Assembly (NCBI RefSeq): GCF_000008665.1
Contig: NC_000917.1
Coordinates: forward strand, 930,001 to 962,000
DNA: 32,000 nt
Source: Archaeoglobus fulgidus DSM 4304
GTDB taxonomy: Archaea > Halobacteriota > Archaeoglobi > Archaeoglobales > Archaeoglobaceae
Direction: 5' to 3'
The position numbers and the translations under genes are program-made. Of this stretch, positions 1-8,963 are shown piece by piece (positions within the stretch are counted from its first letter, which is position 1; the number at the start of each line of letters is the position of its first letter). Below the pieces are notes generated by a model, which saw only the letters and a list, made by a program, of their open reading frames with translations, was not told the DNA's origin and searched no databases.

Positions 1-179
1 TGGGACTTTGTGGTCAGCAAATCCTTGTAGTCTGGATGCTCTACGAGGTCGAATGTTTTGGAAATGACATTGATTCCTCCACTCACTTCGGGTGAATCCC
101 TTCTCACTTTCTTTCCTCTAACATAAACATTCGGCTTCAGCTTATACAAATCCTGCCTGTATTCCTCCGATGTTCTCAT
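1..179 (-). CDS. AbfD/HpaB-family enzyme (4-hydroxybutyryl-CoA dehydratase / 4-hydroxyphenylacetate 3-hydroxylase family); N-terminal fragment, gene runs off the window start
   Basis: My own minus-strand translation from ATG at 179-177 gives MRTSEEYRQDLYKLKPNVYVRGKKVRRDSPEVSGGINVISKTFDLVEHPDYKDLLTTKS, open to position 1. A GGTGAT SD-like sequence lies just upstream. The pattern EEY..L.KL...VY..G.K...P...N...Y.L...P.Y.DL.TTKS matches the AbfD/HpaB N-terminus as I remember it. It is absent from the ORF track only because it is truncated. Confidence 0.55.
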   Translation of the reverse strand, partial: MRTSEEYRQDLYKLKPNVYVRGKKVRRDSPEVSGGINVISKTFDLVEHPDYKDLLTTKS

Positions 180-224
180 AACATCACCAACACAATTAAT
201 TTTTAAAAATATTTTTTAAAAAAA
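180..224 (-). terminator. AT-only spacer; candidate oligo-T terminator of the thiolase gene plus TATA-like/SD region of the next gene
   Basis: Minus-sense sequence after the thiolase TAA reads TTTTTTTAAAAAATATTTTTAAAAATTAATTGTGTTGGTGATGTT-ATG. It has T7 and T5 tracts, an AT-rich TATA-like stretch and a GGTGAT SD. Confidence 0.3.
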
Positions 225-1415
225 TTAAACTCTCTCAATTACAACCGCCGCGCCCTGTCCGCCGCCGACGCAGGCGGTTGCCACGCCGTAATCGCCATTG
301 TTCTCCTGAAGGATTCTTGCCAGCGTGCCAATCAGCCTCGCACCGCTCGCTGCCAGAGGATGACCGATGGCAACTGCACCACCATGTATATTCACCCTCT
401 CCGGCTCAATTCCGAGCTCGTGGATGGCGTAAAGCGGGACTATCGCAAAGGCCTCGTTAATCTCCCAGTAGTCTATGTCGCTCACCTTCAAGCCAGTTTT
501 TTCCAGAGCCTTTCTGCTTGCAGGAACCGGCCCTGCTCCCATTATGTAAGGAGGCACTCCCGCTGTGCCGTATCCGATGATTTTGGCGATTGGCTCAAGT
601 CCAAGCTCCTGAACCTTCTTTTTAGAGGCAAGCAGCAGGCCTGAAGCTCCAGCGTTGAGAGGAGAGGAGTTTCCGGCTGTAATCACCCCTCCAGGCTTAA
701 AGGCTGGTGGCAGAGAGGCTATCTGCTCAAGGGATGTGTCTGGCCTTATTGACTGATCCGAATCCACGGTTATCACACTACCATCAGCCTGCGGGGCTTC
801 AACGGGGATTATCTCCCCCTTGAAGTAACCATCTTTGAGGGCCTTGGCAGCAAGCTGGTGGCTCCTCAGAGACCACCTGTCGAGGTCCTCTTTGGTCAGG
901 TAGCCCGCCATCTCAAAGAGCGTTTCCGCAGTCAAGCCCATGACAAACCCGATGTCCATTCTGTAGTCCTTGTACTCCTCCGTGAGCAACTTCGGATGGC
1001 GGTCAACGTGCGGATTGTCGGCACCCATCGGCACCCTCGTCATGTGCTCGTAACCGCCGGAAATCATCATGTCCTCGTTTCCGCTTGCAATTTCCAGATA
1101 CGCGTAGGCGGTTGTTGCAAGGGACGACCCGCACTGCATGTCCACGTGGCTTGCTGAGGTTTCGGGAGGGTACTTTGCCAGCAGCGACGCCATCTTCCCT
1201 CCGTAAGGCCAGTTCTCCGACACCGGAAAGGCGCATCCGAGTAAAATCCTCCCAACTTCCTTCTTCTCAATCCCCGCCCTCTCAGGCAGCTTTTCCAGAA
1301 CCAACGCCATTAGCTCGTCTCCTCTAATCTTGTGGAACACGTCCCTTTCGGGCTTCTTCGGCCTGCTTCTCGAAAAGGGCGTTCTTGCATACTCTACAAT
1401 ATACACTTCTTCCAC
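225..1415 (-). CDS. acetyl-CoA acetyltransferase / 3-ketoacyl-CoA thiolase
   Basis: 396-aa ORF. It has the acyl-enzyme Cys context VDMQCGSSLATT, the C-terminal His motif NIHGGAVAIGHPLAASGARL, and the second catalytic Cys in ATACVGGGQGAAVVIE. Confidence 0.9.
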   Translation of the reverse strand: MEEVYIVEYARTPFSRSRPKKPERDVFHKIRGDELMALVLEKLPERAGIEKKEVGRILLGCAFPVSENWPYGGKMASLLAKYPPETSASHVDMQCGSSLATTAYAYLEIASGNEDMMISGGYEHMTRVPMGADNPHVDRHPKLLTEEYKDYRMDIGFVMGLTAETLFEMAGYLTKEDLDRWSLRSHQLAAKALKDGYFKGEIIPVEAPQADGSVITVDSDQSIRPDTSLEQIASLPPAFKPGGVITAGNSSPLNAGASGLLLASKKKVQELGLEPIAKIIGYGTAGVPPYIMGAGPVPASRKALEKTGLKVSDIDYWEINEAFAIVPLYAIHELGIEPERVNIHGGAVAIGHPLAASGARLIGTLARILQENNGDYGVATACVGGGQGAAVVIERV

Positions 1416-1419
1416 GAAA

Positions 1420-3201
1420 TCACCTCTTCATCTTCTTCAATTCCTCCTCTCTCAAAATTCTCCTCAAATACTTCCCAGCAGCGGACTTGGGGAGCTCATC
1501 CCTGAATTCAACAATTCTCGGATACTTGTAGGCCGCCATTCTCTCCTTGCACCAGTTGATGATGTCCTGCTCCGTAATCTTCCCCCTGTAATCTTCATGA
1601 AGGACGACGAAGGCCTTGATCGTCTCTCCGGCAACCTCATCTGGCAGACCGATGACGCAGACCTCCTTGATTGCTGGATGCTCGTACATTATGTCCTCTA
1701 TCTCTCTCGGATAGACGCTGTGCCCCTTGTACTTGATGATGTCCTTCAGCCTGTCAACGATGTAGAAGTATCCATCTTCATCCATCTTCGCTATATCTCC
1801 AGTCCTGAGCCACTTCATTCCGCCGGCCTCAAAGAAGACGTCCTCTGTCTCTCTCGGCCTGTTCCAGTATCCCTTCATGACCTGAGGGCCGGCTATCACA
1901 AGCTCCCCTTCCTCACCAATCGGCAGAAACTCCATGGTTTCCGGATTGATGATAGCAGCGTAGGTGTTGGGAATGGGCGGGCCAACAGAGCCAATCTTTC
2001 TCTTCCTGAACGGCGGGCCAACCGTGGTGTGGGTCACCGGCGAGGCCTCGCTCAGTCCGTAGCCCTCAACAAGAATCCCCCTTCCCGCATCCTTGAGAAG
2101 CTCATCCCACTTTTCGATGATTTCCGGCGGAACCGGGCCAGCTCCGTTGTTAACGTAAAGCAGGGAGGTCAAATCGTACCTCTTCAGCAAGTCGGGATTG
2201 TTCGCAAGAAAGACGAATATTGCGGGAGCACCCATGAAGGTCGCAACCCTGTACCTTTCAATAGCCTCCAGTATCTTTTCCGGCTCGAACTGGGCGAAAA
2301 CGACGAGGATGTCTCCTGTCGCCAAACCTGTGTTGAGGTCAACCGTCTGGCCGTAGATGTGATACCATGGAAGTATCGCGACTCTCGGGGAGTAGTCGTT
2401 GTAGTAGTAGTCCCTAAACGTCCTGTACTCCTTCCCGTCAAGGTCGACAATGACGTAATCCCCCTCCTCCCTGATCACTTTGTGCGACTTCAGCCAGCCT
2501 CTTATCAGGTCGGTGAAGGGGATGAGCTCGTACATGTTCGCCACGACGTTGTAGTGTGTGAGCATCGCCGCCTTTGGCAGACCTGTGGTTCCACCGGTGT
2601 ACTGCAAAACCGCAACGTCATCCTTAACGTTCCAGCTCACTTCCGGCGGTTCAGGTGGTGAGGCGAGCATCTCCCTGAAGTCCCTGAACTTCCCCTCGAC
2701 CTTCGCCTCTCCACCGGCAATGTTCGCAACCAGCACCTCCTCCACGCCTGTGTTCTCCCTAACAGCAGCGAAGTTCGGATAAAGCTGCTCAACGGTGACA
2801 AGCACCTTCGCCCCGCTGTCGTTCAGCTGGTACTCAACCTCCCTCGGCGCGAAGAGCGGGGAGAGGGCCGTGACCGTTGCACCGGCCTTCATTGCCCCGT
2901 AGTAGGCGATGACGAACTGCGGGCAGTTTGGGGAGTAGATTGCAACCACATCCCCCTTCTTTATCCCCATTTTTGCAAGGGATGTGGCAAACCTGTCCGT
3001 GTACTCCTTAAGCTGACCGTACTTGATTTCAGCGCCGTAAAAGATTATTGCAGTCCTATCCGCGTATTTCTGGCAGACTTCGTCAATTACTTCGTAAAGG
3101 GGCTTTTCCGGAATCTCGACATCTGCCGGAACACCCTCAATCCAGGCCCTTTCAAGCCAGTACCTGTTTTTTACAAACTCAGGCACCTCCATAACTCTCA
3201 C
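1420..3201 (-). CDS. fadD: AMP-forming acyl-CoA synthetase (long/medium-chain fatty-acid--CoA ligase)
   Basis: 593-aa ORF with the AMP-binding signature LQYTGGTTGLPKAAMLTH, the YGLSE, TGD and DRLKDIIKYKG motifs, and a C-terminal AAGK. The track start is GTG at 3201; an in-frame ATG at 3192 (MEVPEF...) is an alternative. Only 4 nt separate it from the thiolase start, so co-transcription is likely. Confidence 0.9.
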   Translation of the reverse strand: MRVMEVPEFVKNRYWLERAWIEGVPADVEIPEKPLYEVIDEVCQKYADRTAIIFYGAEIKYGQLKEYTDRFATSLAKMGIKKGDVVAIYSPNCPQFVIAYYGAMKAGATVTALSPLFAPREVEYQLNDSGAKVLVTVEQLYPNFAAVRENTGVEEVLVANIAGGEAKVEGKFRDFREMLASPPEPPEVSWNVKDDVAVLQYTGGTTGLPKAAMLTHYNVVANMYELIPFTDLIRGWLKSHKVIREEGDYVIVDLDGKEYRTFRDYYYNDYSPRVAILPWYHIYGQTVDLNTGLATGDILVVFAQFEPEKILEAIERYRVATFMGAPAIFVFLANNPDLLKRYDLTSLLYVNNGAGPVPPEIIEKWDELLKDAGRGILVEGYGLSEASPVTHTTVGPPFRKRKIGSVGPPIPNTYAAIINPETMEFLPIGEEGELVIAGPQVMKGYWNRPRETEDVFFEAGGMKWLRTGDIAKMDEDGYFYIVDRLKDIIKYKGHSVYPREIEDIMYEHPAIKEVCVIGLPDEVAGETIKAFVVLHEDYRGKITEQDIINWCKERMAAYKYPRIVEFRDELPKSAAGKYLRRILREEELKKMKR

Positions 3202-3394
3202 TGTCTTTAACTATTTTTTCAGCCTTTTAAAACTTTTCGCTTTTTACGAAATTAAATAAGTATTTATTCTCAGGTTCTGAAGCCATTCAAATTTTTCAGA
3301 TTTTGCGAAAATATAATCCAAAAAAGTAATTCACTAAAAGCTCAATTGGGGCTTTGAAGACAAAGATTTTATTTTGTTTCGTTCAAGTAGTAAC
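3202..3394. promoter_or_regulatory. AT-rich divergent intergenic region (fadD <-> herA) with TATA-like boxes
   Basis: TTTTAAAA at 3225-3232 is centred about 27 nt upstream of the fadD GTG at 3201. TTTTATTTT at 3367-3375 is centred about 25 nt upstream of the herA candidate GTG at 3395. Both spacings fit leaderless or very short-leader archaeal transcripts. This rests on sequence pattern only. Confidence 0.3.
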
Positions 3395-4978
3395 GTGCAG
3401 AATGTCGGCCTGGTGATGGGAAAGTCTTCGATTACGGATTTTAGCTTCGCGGTCAACCCTTCGGCGATTCCAAAATTCGGGGAGTACGTTACGGCGATAA
3501 ACAGAGATGGGGAGGAGGTAATAGGGATCGTGAGAGAGATTTCAAACTTCAACCGCATGATTCTCGACGAGGGATTCAGCTTTGAGTATCTGGTTAAGAA
3601 CCTCGACTTCTCAAGGAGGTTGATAGAGAAGAACGACGTTATAGTGGCGACCGCTACAGTTATAGGAGTGGTTAAGGATGGAGAGGTCTATCCAAACCGC
3701 ACACCCATCAAGCCAAACTCAGAGGTGTTTCTTGCTGATGACGACGTGCTTTCATCCCTCTTCAAGTGCGATAGAGGAGTTGAGCTGGGCAGGATGATCG
3801 CACGTCCAGACATCTCCGTTTCCCTCGATATAAAGCAGCTCGTTCTCAGGCACTTCGCCATTCTCTCCGTCACGGGTGGGGGGAAGTCCAACACCGTTGC
3901 CGTGCTGGTCAACGACATTGTGAAAAAGCTCAACGGAACTGTGGTGCTAATCGACCCCCATGGGGAATATGTGGGCTACACCTTTGAGGATGGCAGCGAG
4001 AGGGGGAAGAATGTAGTTCCAGCAGGCATAAGGCCTGAGAGGCTTGAGCCGTGGGAGTTCGCAAGCCTTGTAGGGGTTGATAGAGAGAAGGCAGCAGTGC
4101 AGAGAATGCACCTTGAGAGGATTTTCACCACAGTGAGGCATGAGGGAAAAGCTGGAAGAGAGTTTGTTGAGAGAGTTCTGGACATCGCTGAGGAGTGGAT
4201 AAACATTGCTGCCGGTAAAGGAGAGGCTGAATACTATGACTTTAACGGCATCAAGAGGGTTGCCACGCTGGACAGACAGGATTTGAACGCTTTGGCAAGG
4301 ATAAAGGAGTACGTTTCCTCCTTCATGCGAAGGTACGAGGATTTGCTGAGCCAGAACGACATGCTGGCGAACATAAAGCCTTCCTATCTCAATGTTGTTA
4401 ATCTGAGCGGCTTTGATGAGGGGCAGATGAGAGTTGTTGTTGCCTACCTCCTGAGAAATCTTCTTGTTGGAAGGATAAACTACGTGAGGGGAAAGAAAGG
4501 ATGGGAGAAAATCTGTCCTGCGATTGTGAAGCCACTGCTCGTAATTTTCGAGGAAGGACACATCTTCGCCCCCAAGGGAGTCAACAACGACGTGGTAAGC
4601 TGGATGGGGAGGATTGCGAGAGAGGGCAGGAAATTCGGCATAGGGCTTGGAATAGTCAGCCAGAGGCCGAAAAGGCTGAACGATGATGTTTTAAGTCAGT
4701 GCAACACCAAGATTATCCTCAGAATTACTGAGCCAAATGATCAAAGATACGTGCAGCATGCGAGCGAGCAAATCAGCGAGGATTTGCTGAAGGACATAGC
4801 TTCTCTGGGAGTTGGTGAGGCTGTGGTTGTAGGGCCCGCAGTAAAGCTGCCGGTTGCCGTAAAAATAAGGAAGTTCGCTGGAAACTACGGAGGGAGGGAC
4901 ATTGATGTAGTTGAGGAGTGGCTGGGCAGAGAGGAGGAACAGAAGAAGCAGGTAACCTTAGAGGATTTGGCAGTATGA
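3395..4978 (+). CDS. herA: HerA-type hexameric DNA helicase/translocase (FtsK-HerA superfamily)
   Basis: N-terminal HAS-barrel-like segment VGLVMGKSSITDFSFAV...GEYV, Walker A SVTGGGKSNTVA, Walker B LLVIFEEGH, and a position immediately upstream of mre11. The start is ambiguous: TTG 3374, GTG 3395, GTG 3413 or ATG 3416. I chose 3395 because it retains the first barrel strand and fits the TATA spacing. The stop overlaps the mre11 ATG (ATGA at 4975-4978). Confidence 0.85.
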   Translation: MQNVGLVMGKSSITDFSFAVNPSAIPKFGEYVTAINRDGEEVIGIVREISNFNRMILDEGFSFEYLVKNLDFSRRLIEKNDVIVATATVIGVVKDGEVYPNRTPIKPNSEVFLADDDVLSSLFKCDRGVELGRMIARPDISVSLDIKQLVLRHFAILSVTGGGKSNTVAVLVNDIVKKLNGTVVLIDPHGEYVGYTFEDGSERGKNVVPAGIRPERLEPWEFASLVGVDREKAAVQRMHLERIFTTVRHEGKAGREFVERVLDIAEEWINIAAGKGEAEYYDFNGIKRVATLDRQDLNALARIKEYVSSFMRRYEDLLSQNDMLANIKPSYLNVVNLSGFDEGQMRVVVAYLLRNLLVGRINYVRGKKGWEKICPAIVKPLLVIFEEGHIFAPKGVNNDVVSWMGRIAREGRKFGIGLGIVSQRPKRLNDDVLSQCNTKIILRITEPNDQRYVQHASEQISEDLLKDIASLGVGEAVVVGPAVKLPVAVKIRKFAGNYGGRDIDVVEEWLGREEEQKKQVTLEDLAV

Positions 4979-6306
4979 AGTTCGCCCACATCGCTGACGT
5001 TCATCTCGGCTACGAGCAGTACAACCAGCCATGGAGGGCTGAAGATTTTGCAAAGGCTTTCAAAGTTATTGCAGAGAAGGCGGTGGAGAGCAACGCGGAT
5101 TTTGTTGTTATAGCCGGAGACCTCTTCCACCGAAGCCTTCCAAGTCCGAGAACTATTAAAGAGGCAGTGGAGACGCTCTGGATGTTCAGGAAAGAGAACA
5201 TTCCCGTTTTTGCAGTAGAGGGAAACCACGACAAAACCTCAAGGGACATCTCAGCCTACCACCTCCTTGAATCTTTGGGACTGCTGAACGTTCTCGGACT
5301 TAGGAGAAATCCTGTAAGGGGAGAGAACGTAGAAAGTCTGAGAATTCAGAACGTTTACTTGGTTAAAGGGGTGGTTGATGACGTAGAGATTCTGGGAGAC
5401 AGGCACAGAAGCAAGTGGCAGCTTGAGAAGGTTTTGCCATTGCTCAAGCCCCAGAGCGACAAAAGCGTCTTGGTTCTGCATCAGGCTGTGAAGGAGGTTG
5501 TTGACATTGATTTGGACATGGCCTACGAGCTCACAATCAACGATTTGCCAGAGGCAAGCTACTACGCCTTCGGCCACATCCACCTTCCAAAAATCTACGA
5601 GTTTGATGGAAAGGCTATAGCCTATCCCGGCTCAGTCGAGCGCTATGATTTGAGGGAAGCTTCGAAAATTGTCAGATACAGGGATGAGCTGGTTTTAAAG
5701 GATGGAATCAGGAAGGGGTTTATCCTCGTCAAGAACTTCAGGCCTGAATTCGTGGAGATTGAGACGAGGGAGCTTTACGATGTAGAGATAGAGGATGAAA
5801 GCGTTGAGGGGCTGGAGAAGAAGTTTTTGGAGGTTTTGGGTAGAGCGGACAAAGAGGGGATAATGGTTGCCAAGCTGAAAAGCAGCGATGCGGTGGATGT
5901 GAGAAGGTTAAGCGAGGTTGCGGCGAAGAGGGTTCGTTATGCAGAAATAAGATTCGAGAGGATTCTTGAGGAGATTGAGGAAGTTGAGATAAAGCAGGAG
6001 AGCGAGTTTTTCACCGAATTTGAGCTGAAGCTGCTTGAATTGCTTAGGGGCGAGATGGACGAGGACGAGGTTTACAGTCTGGTTGTGGAGCATTATTTGA
6101 GTGGTGGAGCCTTAAAGCAGGAAGAGGGAGCAGAGGAGCGGGTGGTGGAAGAGGAGACGGAGAAGAAGGTTGAAGAGCAGTTTAAAGGGGACGAGGAGGC
6201 AGATGAGGCAGAAAGAAGGGCAGAAGAAACCGAGAAAGCAAAATCAACGAAAAAAGCCAGAAAGCCAAAAACCCTCCTCGACTTTCTGGGGGTGGAGGAG
6301 GAATGA
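4975..6306 (+). CDS. mre11: Mre11 DNA double-strand-break repair nuclease
   Basis: Phosphoesterase motifs HIADVHLG, VVIAGDLFH, AVEGNHD, VLVLHQAV and GHIHLP. A Rad50-binding helical region and an acidic/basic C-terminal tail follow. I take ATG 4975 (MKFAHIADVH) as the real start rather than the track start at 4918. Confidence 0.92.
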   Translation: MKFAHIADVHLGYEQYNQPWRAEDFAKAFKVIAEKAVESNADFVVIAGDLFHRSLPSPRTIKEAVETLWMFRKENIPVFAVEGNHDKTSRDISAYHLLESLGLLNVLGLRRNPVRGENVESLRIQNVYLVKGVVDDVEILGDRHRSKWQLEKVLPLLKPQSDKSVLVLHQAVKEVVDIDLDMAYELTINDLPEASYYAFGHIHLPKIYEFDGKAIAYPGSVERYDLREASKIVRYRDELVLKDGIRKGFILVKNFRPEFVEIETRELYDVEIEDESVEGLEKKFLEVLGRADKEGIMVAKLKSSDAVDVRRLSEVAAKRVRYAEIRFERILEEIEEVEIKQESEFFTEFELKLLELLRGEMDEDEVYSLVVEHYLSGGALKQEEGAEERVVEEETEKKVEEQFKGDEEADEAERRAEETEKAKSTKKARKPKTLLDFLGVEEE

Positions 6307-8963
6307 TTCTGCTCAAGGAGCTTCAAATCAAAAACTTCCGCTCCCACTCAGACTCTAAAATTGAGTTTGACACCGGAATCAACCTCATTGCGGGGAGAAA
6401 TGGTGCGGGAAAGAGCTCGATACTTGAGGCAATTCTCGTTGCCTTCTACGGATTGAAGCCCGCCACGTTGAGAAAAAACGACCTTGTGAGGGTGAACAGC
6501 TCAGGATACTCGCTCAGCCTGACCTTTTCTTTAAACGGTGATGATTACACAATTTCAAGAAAGAGCAACGGTGAGTCAATTTTAACGGGAAAGGAGATTG
6601 TGGAGGGAGACAGCAACATAACGGAGTGGGTTGAAAGGCACCTCTGCCCTGCACACGTTTTTACGGGGGCAATTTACGTCAGGCAGGGAGAGATAGACAG
6701 CATAATCAGGGACGATGAGAGCAGGGAGAGGATTATAAGGCAGATTACGAGAATTGAGGACTACGAGAACGCCTGGAAAAATCTTGGAGCTGTAATAAGA
6801 ATGCTTGAAAGGGAGAAAGAGAGGTTAAAAGAATTCCTAAGCCAGGAAGAGCAGATTAAAAGGCAGAAGGAAGAGAAAAAAGCTGAAATCGAGAGAATCA
6901 GTGAGGAAATCAAAAGCATCGAGAGCTTGAGGGAAAAGCTTTCGGAGGAGGTCAGAAATCTTGAAAGCAGACTAAAGGAGCTCGAAGAGCACAAAAGCAG
7001 GCTCGAATCTTTGAGAAAGCAGGAGAGCTCCGTTCTTCAGGAAGTGCGGGGACTGGAGGAGAAACTGAGGGAGCTTGAAAAGCAGCTGAAAGAGGTGGTG
7101 GAGAGAATCGAAGATTTGGAAAAAAAGGCGAAAGAGGTCAAGGAGCTGAAGCCAAAGGCGGAAAGATACTCAATTCTTGAAAAACTTCTCTCAGAAATAA
7201 ACCAGGCTCTCAGAGATGTCGAAAAAAGGGAGGGGGATTTGACGAGGGAGGCCGCGGGAATTCAGGCTCAGCTAAAGAAAGCCGAGGAAGATAACAGCAA
7301 GCTTGAGGAGATAACGAAGAGAATTGAGGAACTTGAAAGGGAACTGGAGAGGTTTGAAAAAAGCCACAGGCTGCTGGAGACTCTCAAACCGAAGATGGAT
7401 AGAATGCAAGGCATAAAGGCAAAACTTGAGGAAAAGAACCTCACACCTGATAAAGTTGAAAAAATGTACGATTTGCTCTCAAAAGCAAAAGAGGAGGAAA
7501 AGGAGATCACTGAAAAGCTCAAAAAGCTGATCGCGAAGAAGTCGTCTTTGAAGACGAGAGGTGCTCAGCTGAAGAAGGCTGTTGAGGAGCTGAAGTCCGC
7601 TGAAAGAACATGTCCCGTTTGCGGAAGGGAGCTTGACGAAGAGCACAGAAAGAATATAATGGCGGAATACACGCGAGAAATGAAAAGAATTGCCGAAGAG
7701 CTGGCAAAAGCTGATGAAATTGAGAAAAAGCTTAAAGAGAGGCTGGAGAAGGTCGAAAAGGCTCTTGAAAAGCAGGAGACTGTTCTAAAGTACAGGCAGA
7801 TGGTAGATGAGCTCAAAGCCCTGGAAAATGAGCTGTCCTCCCATGACGCTGAAAAACTCTCTGCGGAGAGCGAAGAGTACAGAAAAGTTAAGGAGAGGCT
7901 CGACGGGCTCAGAGGGCAGCAGAAGATTCTTCTCAGCTCCGCAAGCAGGATTAAAGAGCTGAAGAGCTCGCTAAGAGAGATTGAAGAAGCTCTCAAAAAT
8001 GTGGAAAGCGAAAGGGGGGAGCTTCACAGGAAAATCAGGGAGGAGGGGTTTGAGAGCCTTGAAGAGCTCGAAAGGGAGGTTCAGAGCCTAAGACCTTTCT
8101 ACAACAAGTGGCTCGAGCTGAAGGATGCGGAAAGCAGGCTTGAAAGCGAGCTAAAAAGGAGGGAAAAACTTGAGGATGAGATTTCCGAAGCTATAGCAAA
8201 ACTTGAGGAGGCTAACGGAAAGGCTGAGGAAATCCGCGGTCAAATCGATGAGCTGCTGAGGATTTACAGTGAGGAAGAGCACAGAAGGTTGAGCGACGAG
8301 CACTTGAGGAAATCGAAGGAGCTTGCTGGATTGAAAAGCAGGCTTGAGACTTTAAGAGAATCTCTGCAAAGCGCAGAAAAAGACTTGAAGTTTCTGGAGG
8401 AGCAGCTTGCAAAGATGGATGAGTACAGAAAGAAGGTGGAAGTTTTCGAGAAAATCGCGATTCCTGAGCTGACCAGAATTAGAGAAAAGTTCAGAAAATA
8501 CAGAAATCTGGTTGCGGAGAACTCGATGAGGGAAGTCGAGAGGTACGCGAGCCAGATCTTCGAGGAGCTGACGGAAGGGAAGTACTCTGGGGTAAGGCTG
8601 AAGAAAACGACCGAGAGGGGAAAGGAGAAGCTCAAGGTTTTCGTTGTTTACCAGGGTGAGGAGAGGGAGATAGGATTTTTGAGCGGTGGAGAGATTATTG
8701 CTCTCGGCCTCGCCTTCAGGCTTGCTCTCTCCATGTTCATGATAAGGGGCAAGATACCCCTCCTCATACTCGACGAACCGACTCCGTTTCTCGATGAGGA
8801 GAGGAGGAGGAAGCTCGTTGACATCACGACCAACTACCTTAGGAAGATACCTCAGGTTATAATCGTATCCCACGATGAGGAGCTGAAGGATGCCGCCGAT
8901 AAGGTGATTTTCGTCGAGTCTCAGGGGGGAGTTTCGAGGGTCAGATATGTGGAGGCTCAGTGA
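6303..8963 (+). CDS. rad50: Rad50 SMC-like ATPase
   Basis: Walker A GRNGAGKSSILEA, about 600 aa of E/K/L-rich coiled coil, a central CPVC zinc hook, the signature LSGGE, Walker B LLILDEP and a D-loop/His-switch SHDEEL. ATGA overlap with the mre11 stop at 6303-6306. Confidence 0.95.
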   Translation: MILLKELQIKNFRSHSDSKIEFDTGINLIAGRNGAGKSSILEAILVAFYGLKPATLRKNDLVRVNSSGYSLSLTFSLNGDDYTISRKSNGESILTGKEIVEGDSNITEWVERHLCPAHVFTGAIYVRQGEIDSIIRDDESRERIIRQITRIEDYENAWKNLGAVIRMLEREKERLKEFLSQEEQIKRQKEEKKAEIERISEEIKSIESLREKLSEEVRNLESRLKELEEHKSRLESLRKQESSVLQEVRGLEEKLRELEKQLKEVVERIEDLEKKAKEVKELKPKAERYSILEKLLSEINQALRDVEKREGDLTREAAGIQAQLKKAEEDNSKLEEITKRIEELERELERFEKSHRLLETLKPKMDRMQGIKAKLEEKNLTPDKVEKMYDLLSKAKEEEKEITEKLKKLIAKKSSLKTRGAQLKKAVEELKSAERTCPVCGRELDEEHRKNIMAEYTREMKRIAEELAKADEIEKKLKERLEKVEKALEKQETVLKYRQMVDELKALENELSSHDAEKLSAESEEYRKVKERLDGLRGQQKILLSSASRIKELKSSLREIEEALKNVESERGELHRKIREEGFESLEELEREVQSLRPFYNKWLELKDAESRLESELKRREKLEDEISEAIAKLEEANGKAEEIRGQIDELLRIYSEEEHRRLSDEHLRKSKELAGLKSRLETLRESLQSAEKDLKFLEEQLAKMDEYRKKVEVFEKIAIPELTRIREKFRKYRNLVAENSMREVERYASQIFEELTEGKYSGVRLKKTTERGKEKLKVFVVYQGEEREIGFLSGGEIIALGLAFRLALSMFMIRGKIPLLILDEPTPFLDEERRRKLVDITTNYLRKIPQVIIVSHDEELKDAADKVIFVESQGGVSRVRYVEAQ
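7611..7622 (+). other. Rad50 zinc-hook CxxC (CPVC)
   Basis: TGT CCC GTT TGC in the rad50 frame, roughly mid coiled coil (AERTCPVCGRELDEEH). Confidence 0.85.

Noticed and set aside
195-229. Imperfect AT-only palindrome AATTAATTTTTAAAAATATTTTTTAAAAAAATTAA overlapping the thiolase stop codon
   Set aside because: It is pure A/T with indels between the arms, so any hairpin would be marginal at growth temperatures of a hyperthermophile. It is adequately explained as T-tract terminator plus TATA-like promoter sequence.
2389-2496. Apparent ~30-residue insertion (KVIREEGDYVIVDLDGKEYRTFRDYYYNDYS) between the AMP-binding P-loop and the next core motif of the acyl-CoA synthetase
   Set aside because: The judgement rests only on my memory of canonical FadD spacing. 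Lineage-specific loops at this position are common in the adenylate-forming superfamily, and novelty cannot be established without an alignment.
1330-2661. 443-aa plus-strand ORF
   Set aside because: It is entirely antisense to the well-supported acyl-CoA synthetase gene. Its composition is low-complexity (L/R/V/S-rich) with no motifs and no SD. This is the typical shadow ORF of a GC3-biased gene.
4918-4974. Longer track starts for mre11 (4918), cheW (20969) and cheC (16298)
   Set aside because: Each extension overlaps the upstream gene by 36-61 nt. Each also precedes an ATG with a good SD or stop-start coupling (ATGA at 4975; GGAGGTGATG at 20933; ATG 16226) that begins at the conserved family N-terminus.
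6761-8873. Series of minus-strand ORFs (77-173 aa) rich in S/F/L inside rad50
   Set aside because: They are antisense reading of the GAA/GAG/AAG-rich coiled-coil coding sequence. They have no starts with SD, and they overlap a gene with unambiguous Walker, zinc-hook and signature motifs.
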